The notes beneath the pieces are model-generated. The model did not search any database. It was not told the DNA's origin and saw only the letters and a list, made by a program, of their open reading frames with translations. Source: Acidobacteriota bacterium (GTDB taxonomy: Bacteria > Acidobacteriota > UBA6911). From it: a stretch of 61,600 nucleotides of DNA. Positions 59,584 to 61,600 of the stretch are shown in pieces. The stretch is from the NCBI GenBank assembly GCA_016934295.1, contig JAFGTD010000011.1, positions 1 through 61,600 on the forward strand, given 5' to 3'. Each line of letters begins with the position of its first letter. The stretch's first letter is position 1. Position numbers and translations under genes: made by a program.

Positions 59584-59642
59584 CGGGGGTCGGTATCGGA
59601 ATCGGTTTTAAAAGCTCGATCCCGATACCGATTCCGACCCCG
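59584..59642. repeat. Inverted repeat built from GGNATC hexamers
   Basis: GGGGTCGGTATCGGAATCGG ... CGATCCCGATACCGATTCCGACCCC. Confidence 0.65.
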
Positions 59643-59889
59643 CCGCCGATAAATTCCGGCCCAGCTTTTCGCTTCGGAAAGAGTCACACTCGGGGGAATC
59701 AGGAACCTGGGACTTGTAACCTGCAAACGGAACCTGAGAACTTACCGGCCTAAAAACTTGCATACAGTCTGCGTTAAGTTCGGTAATGTTTAGCTCGAAA
59801 ATATCCCGCCGGATACACAGAAATAATTCCTCTATATATCTAATATAAAAGTATTTGCGGGAAATTACACATATTGATTTCCGGCCTGT

Positions 59890-59918
59890 TTGACAAATTA
59901 AAAAATCGATTTTATCAA
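59890..59918 (+). promoter_or_regulatory. Possible sigma70 promoter for the hsp20 genes
   Basis: TTGACA at 59890, 17-nt spacer, weak -10 TATCAA. Confidence 0.4.
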
Positions 59919-59971
59919 TTGGATGCAGACAGTCAGAAATGAGTGGACATAAAGAAAAGGAGGAAAAACCG

Positions 59972-60442
59972 ATGTCAGTCTGGTCGTTTGATTTCATCTC
60001 GGATATGGACAGAATGCGAAGGGAGATGGATCGATTTCTGGATGAATTCCGATCTCCCGGCTGGTCCCTTCCATTCTCGAGAACTTCATTTCTTCCCGGT
60101 CGAGCGGCGCGAGGCTACCCGCTGCTGAATATCGGCGAAGACGGCGAAAATATTTATGTCGATGCGCTGGCGCCGGGAGTGGATCCTAAAACTTTCGATG
60201 TTTCTATTAAGCAAAACCAATTGACGATTTCGGGAGAGAAGAAAGCGCTGCTGTCCACTGTTGAATCCAAGGCAGTGCATCGGAGCGAAAGGACGGATGG
60301 CCAGTTCATACGCTCAATAACTCTTCCCATGGAAGTTTCTGTCGACAAGGTTAAGGCGTCCTATGAAAACGGTCTGCTGAAATTGACTTTACCGAAGGCG
60401 GAAACGGCCAAGCCCAGGCAAATCTCGGTGAGCGTTGCCTGA
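59972..60442 (+). CDS. Small heat shock protein (Hsp20/alpha-crystallin)
   Basis: AGGAGG RBS; YPLLNI, ALAPGV, FIRSITLP and ASYENGLLKLTLPK. Confidence 0.95.
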   Translation: MSVWSFDFISDMDRMRREMDRFLDEFRSPGWSLPFSRTSFLPGRAARGYPLLNIGEDGENIYVDALAPGVDPKTFDVSIKQNQLTISGEKKALLSTVESKAVHRSERTDGQFIRSITLPMEVSVDKVKASYENGLLKLTLPKAETAKPRQISVSVA

Positions 60443-60476
60443 TACGGGAAATTTTCGATAAAGGAGGGTAGAATCC

Positions 60477-60890
60477 ATGGCTGAAAAAACCGAAGCTACA
60501 ACTCCCGGCATGGAGGTGACTTCAACGCCCAAAGGAGGTCAGACAATTGCGACACGGGAAGAAGCGCGTTATATGGTGCCTCCCGTCGATATTTTCGAAA
60601 CGGAAGGATCCCTGACCGTCATTGTGGATCTTCCAGGCGTGCAAAAGAAGGATGTGGATATCAAGGTCGATCAGGACATTTTGACCATCAAGGGAAAAGT
60701 GCGGTACACGCAGCCGAAGGATACCGTCCGGGAAGAATTCCGGCTGCTGGATTTCTTCCGACAGTTCCAATTAAGTGAAGAAGTGGACAGGGGAAAAATA
60801 TCGGCTGCATCCAGTGACGGCGTCCTCACGATTACATTACCCAAAGCCGAGAAGGCCAAACCGCATCAGATTCAGGTAAAGGTAGGATAA
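60477..60890 (+). CDS. Small heat shock protein (Hsp20/alpha-crystallin)
   Basis: PPVDIFE, DLPGV and DGVLTITLPK; AAGGAGG RBS. Confidence 0.95.
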   Translation: MAEKTEATTPGMEVTSTPKGGQTIATREEARYMVPPVDIFETEGSLTVIVDLPGVQKKDVDIKVDQDILTIKGKVRYTQPKDTVREEFRLLDFFRQFQLSEEVDRGKISAASSDGVLTITLPKAEKAKPHQIQVKVG

Positions 60891-60921
60891 ACCCTGTTTC
60901 TTTTTTAACCATACGGCTGAC

Positions 60922-60959
60922 GGGGTGCTTCCGCCAAGGATGCATTGGCGCAGCACCCT
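60922..60959. other. GC-rich stem-loop between hsp20 and dnaJ
   Basis: GGGTGCT-tc-CGCCAA-ggatgca-TTGGCG-c-AGCACCC. Confidence 0.45.
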
Positions 60960-60980
60960 TGCCGATTTTAAAAAGAAATC

Positions 60981-61600
60981 ATGGCAAAGAACTACTACAG
61001 GATTCTGGGCATTTTACCCACGGCTACATCCCGGGATATTCGCGACGCATACAGAGAACGCGCAAAGGAACTGCATCCCGATCGTTATGGGGAAAACACA
61101 GGTCCGTTTCTTGAAGTGCAGGAGGCATACGGTGTTTTGAGCGATCCGGGCCATCGTCACAGGTACGACCAAAGCATGCAGCCCTCCAGGATTCGCGCCG
61201 CGACCGATACAATTTCAAATATCGACCCACTGCGGGCGAACAGGCCGCGGGCGGAGCCTCTACGCCCGACAAGAGAGCCTTCTGCCTTTAACACTATTGA
61301 TTTACGGAATTCCTTTCTTTCCTGTCGACCGTCCCTAGAGGAAATTTTCGACGGCATCCGGGAGAGGTCCGGCCTCTTGGCGTCCTACAAAGGCGAACGC
61401 CTCCGGAATTTCAGCCTTGAGATCGTTCTTACACCTGAAGAGGCACGGCTGGGAGGACAATTCCGGATTCTGGTCCCGACCGTATCACTGTGCCCGACCT
61501 GCAGCGGGCGAGGTGTTGTGCAGCCCTTTAAATGTTATCGATGCATGGGCGGCGGCAGTGTTTCCCGGGATCTGCCTGTGGATATGGAATTGCTCCGGGC
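60981..61600 (+). CDS. DnaJ-domain protein, 3'-truncated by the window edge (absent from the ORF track)
   Basis: Manual translation: MAKNYYRILG...AKELHPDRYG..VQEAYGVLSDP..RYD, later CPTCSGRG and CYRCMGGG; no stop before the window end. Confidence 0.9.
   Translation, partial: MAKNYYRILGILPTATSRDIRDAYRERAKELHPDRYGENTGPFLEVQEAYGVLSDPGHRHRYDQSMQPSRIRAATDTISNIDPLRANRPRAEPLRPTREPSAFNTIDLRNSFLSCRPSLEEIFDGIRERSGLLASYKGERLRNFSLEIVLTPEEARLGGQFRILVPTVSLCPTCSGRGVVQPFKCYRCMGGGSVSRDLPVDMELLR

Noticed and set aside
59760-59971. CIRCE element or ROSE thermometer before hsp20
   Set aside because: No TTAGCACTC-N9-GAGTGCTAA, and no anti-SD hairpin is visible in the purine-rich leader.

Overview
This is a 61.6 kb chromosomal window from a Gram-negative, probably anaerobic bacterium; gene style suggests Acidobacteriota or a similar lineage (inference only). 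The left part (1-31352) is accessory and mosaic. It holds a giant TamB-POTRA-Omp85 fusion, an L,D-transpeptidase/M15A peptidase pair, an internally deleted GAPOR-like oxidoreductase gene, and ppc, glgP and glgC. These are followed by a ~15 kb block next to tRNA-Pro that looks dedicated to salt/osmotic stress: two SLC12-like cation-chloride cotransporters (one fused to a STAND-like P-loop NTPase plus wHTH), two MscS-family genes, and a tightly coupled operon kamA-like aminomutase / two Ddl-like ATP-grasp ligases / GNAT-deacetylase fusion / GNAT / mscS. That operon is the best candidate for an undescribed system, a putative pathway to an acetylated beta-lysine peptide. The right part is mostly core genome: tRNA-Pro, rdgB, rph, a rhomboid protease, the dcw cluster (lacking mraY and murG), ychF, a split Omp85-SurA-like-TamB operon and hsp20-hsp20-dnaJ. 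Several REP-like and short tandem repeat elements sit in intergenic regions. No CRISPR array, integrase or transposase was seen. All calls come from motif recognition by eye; no database searches were run.
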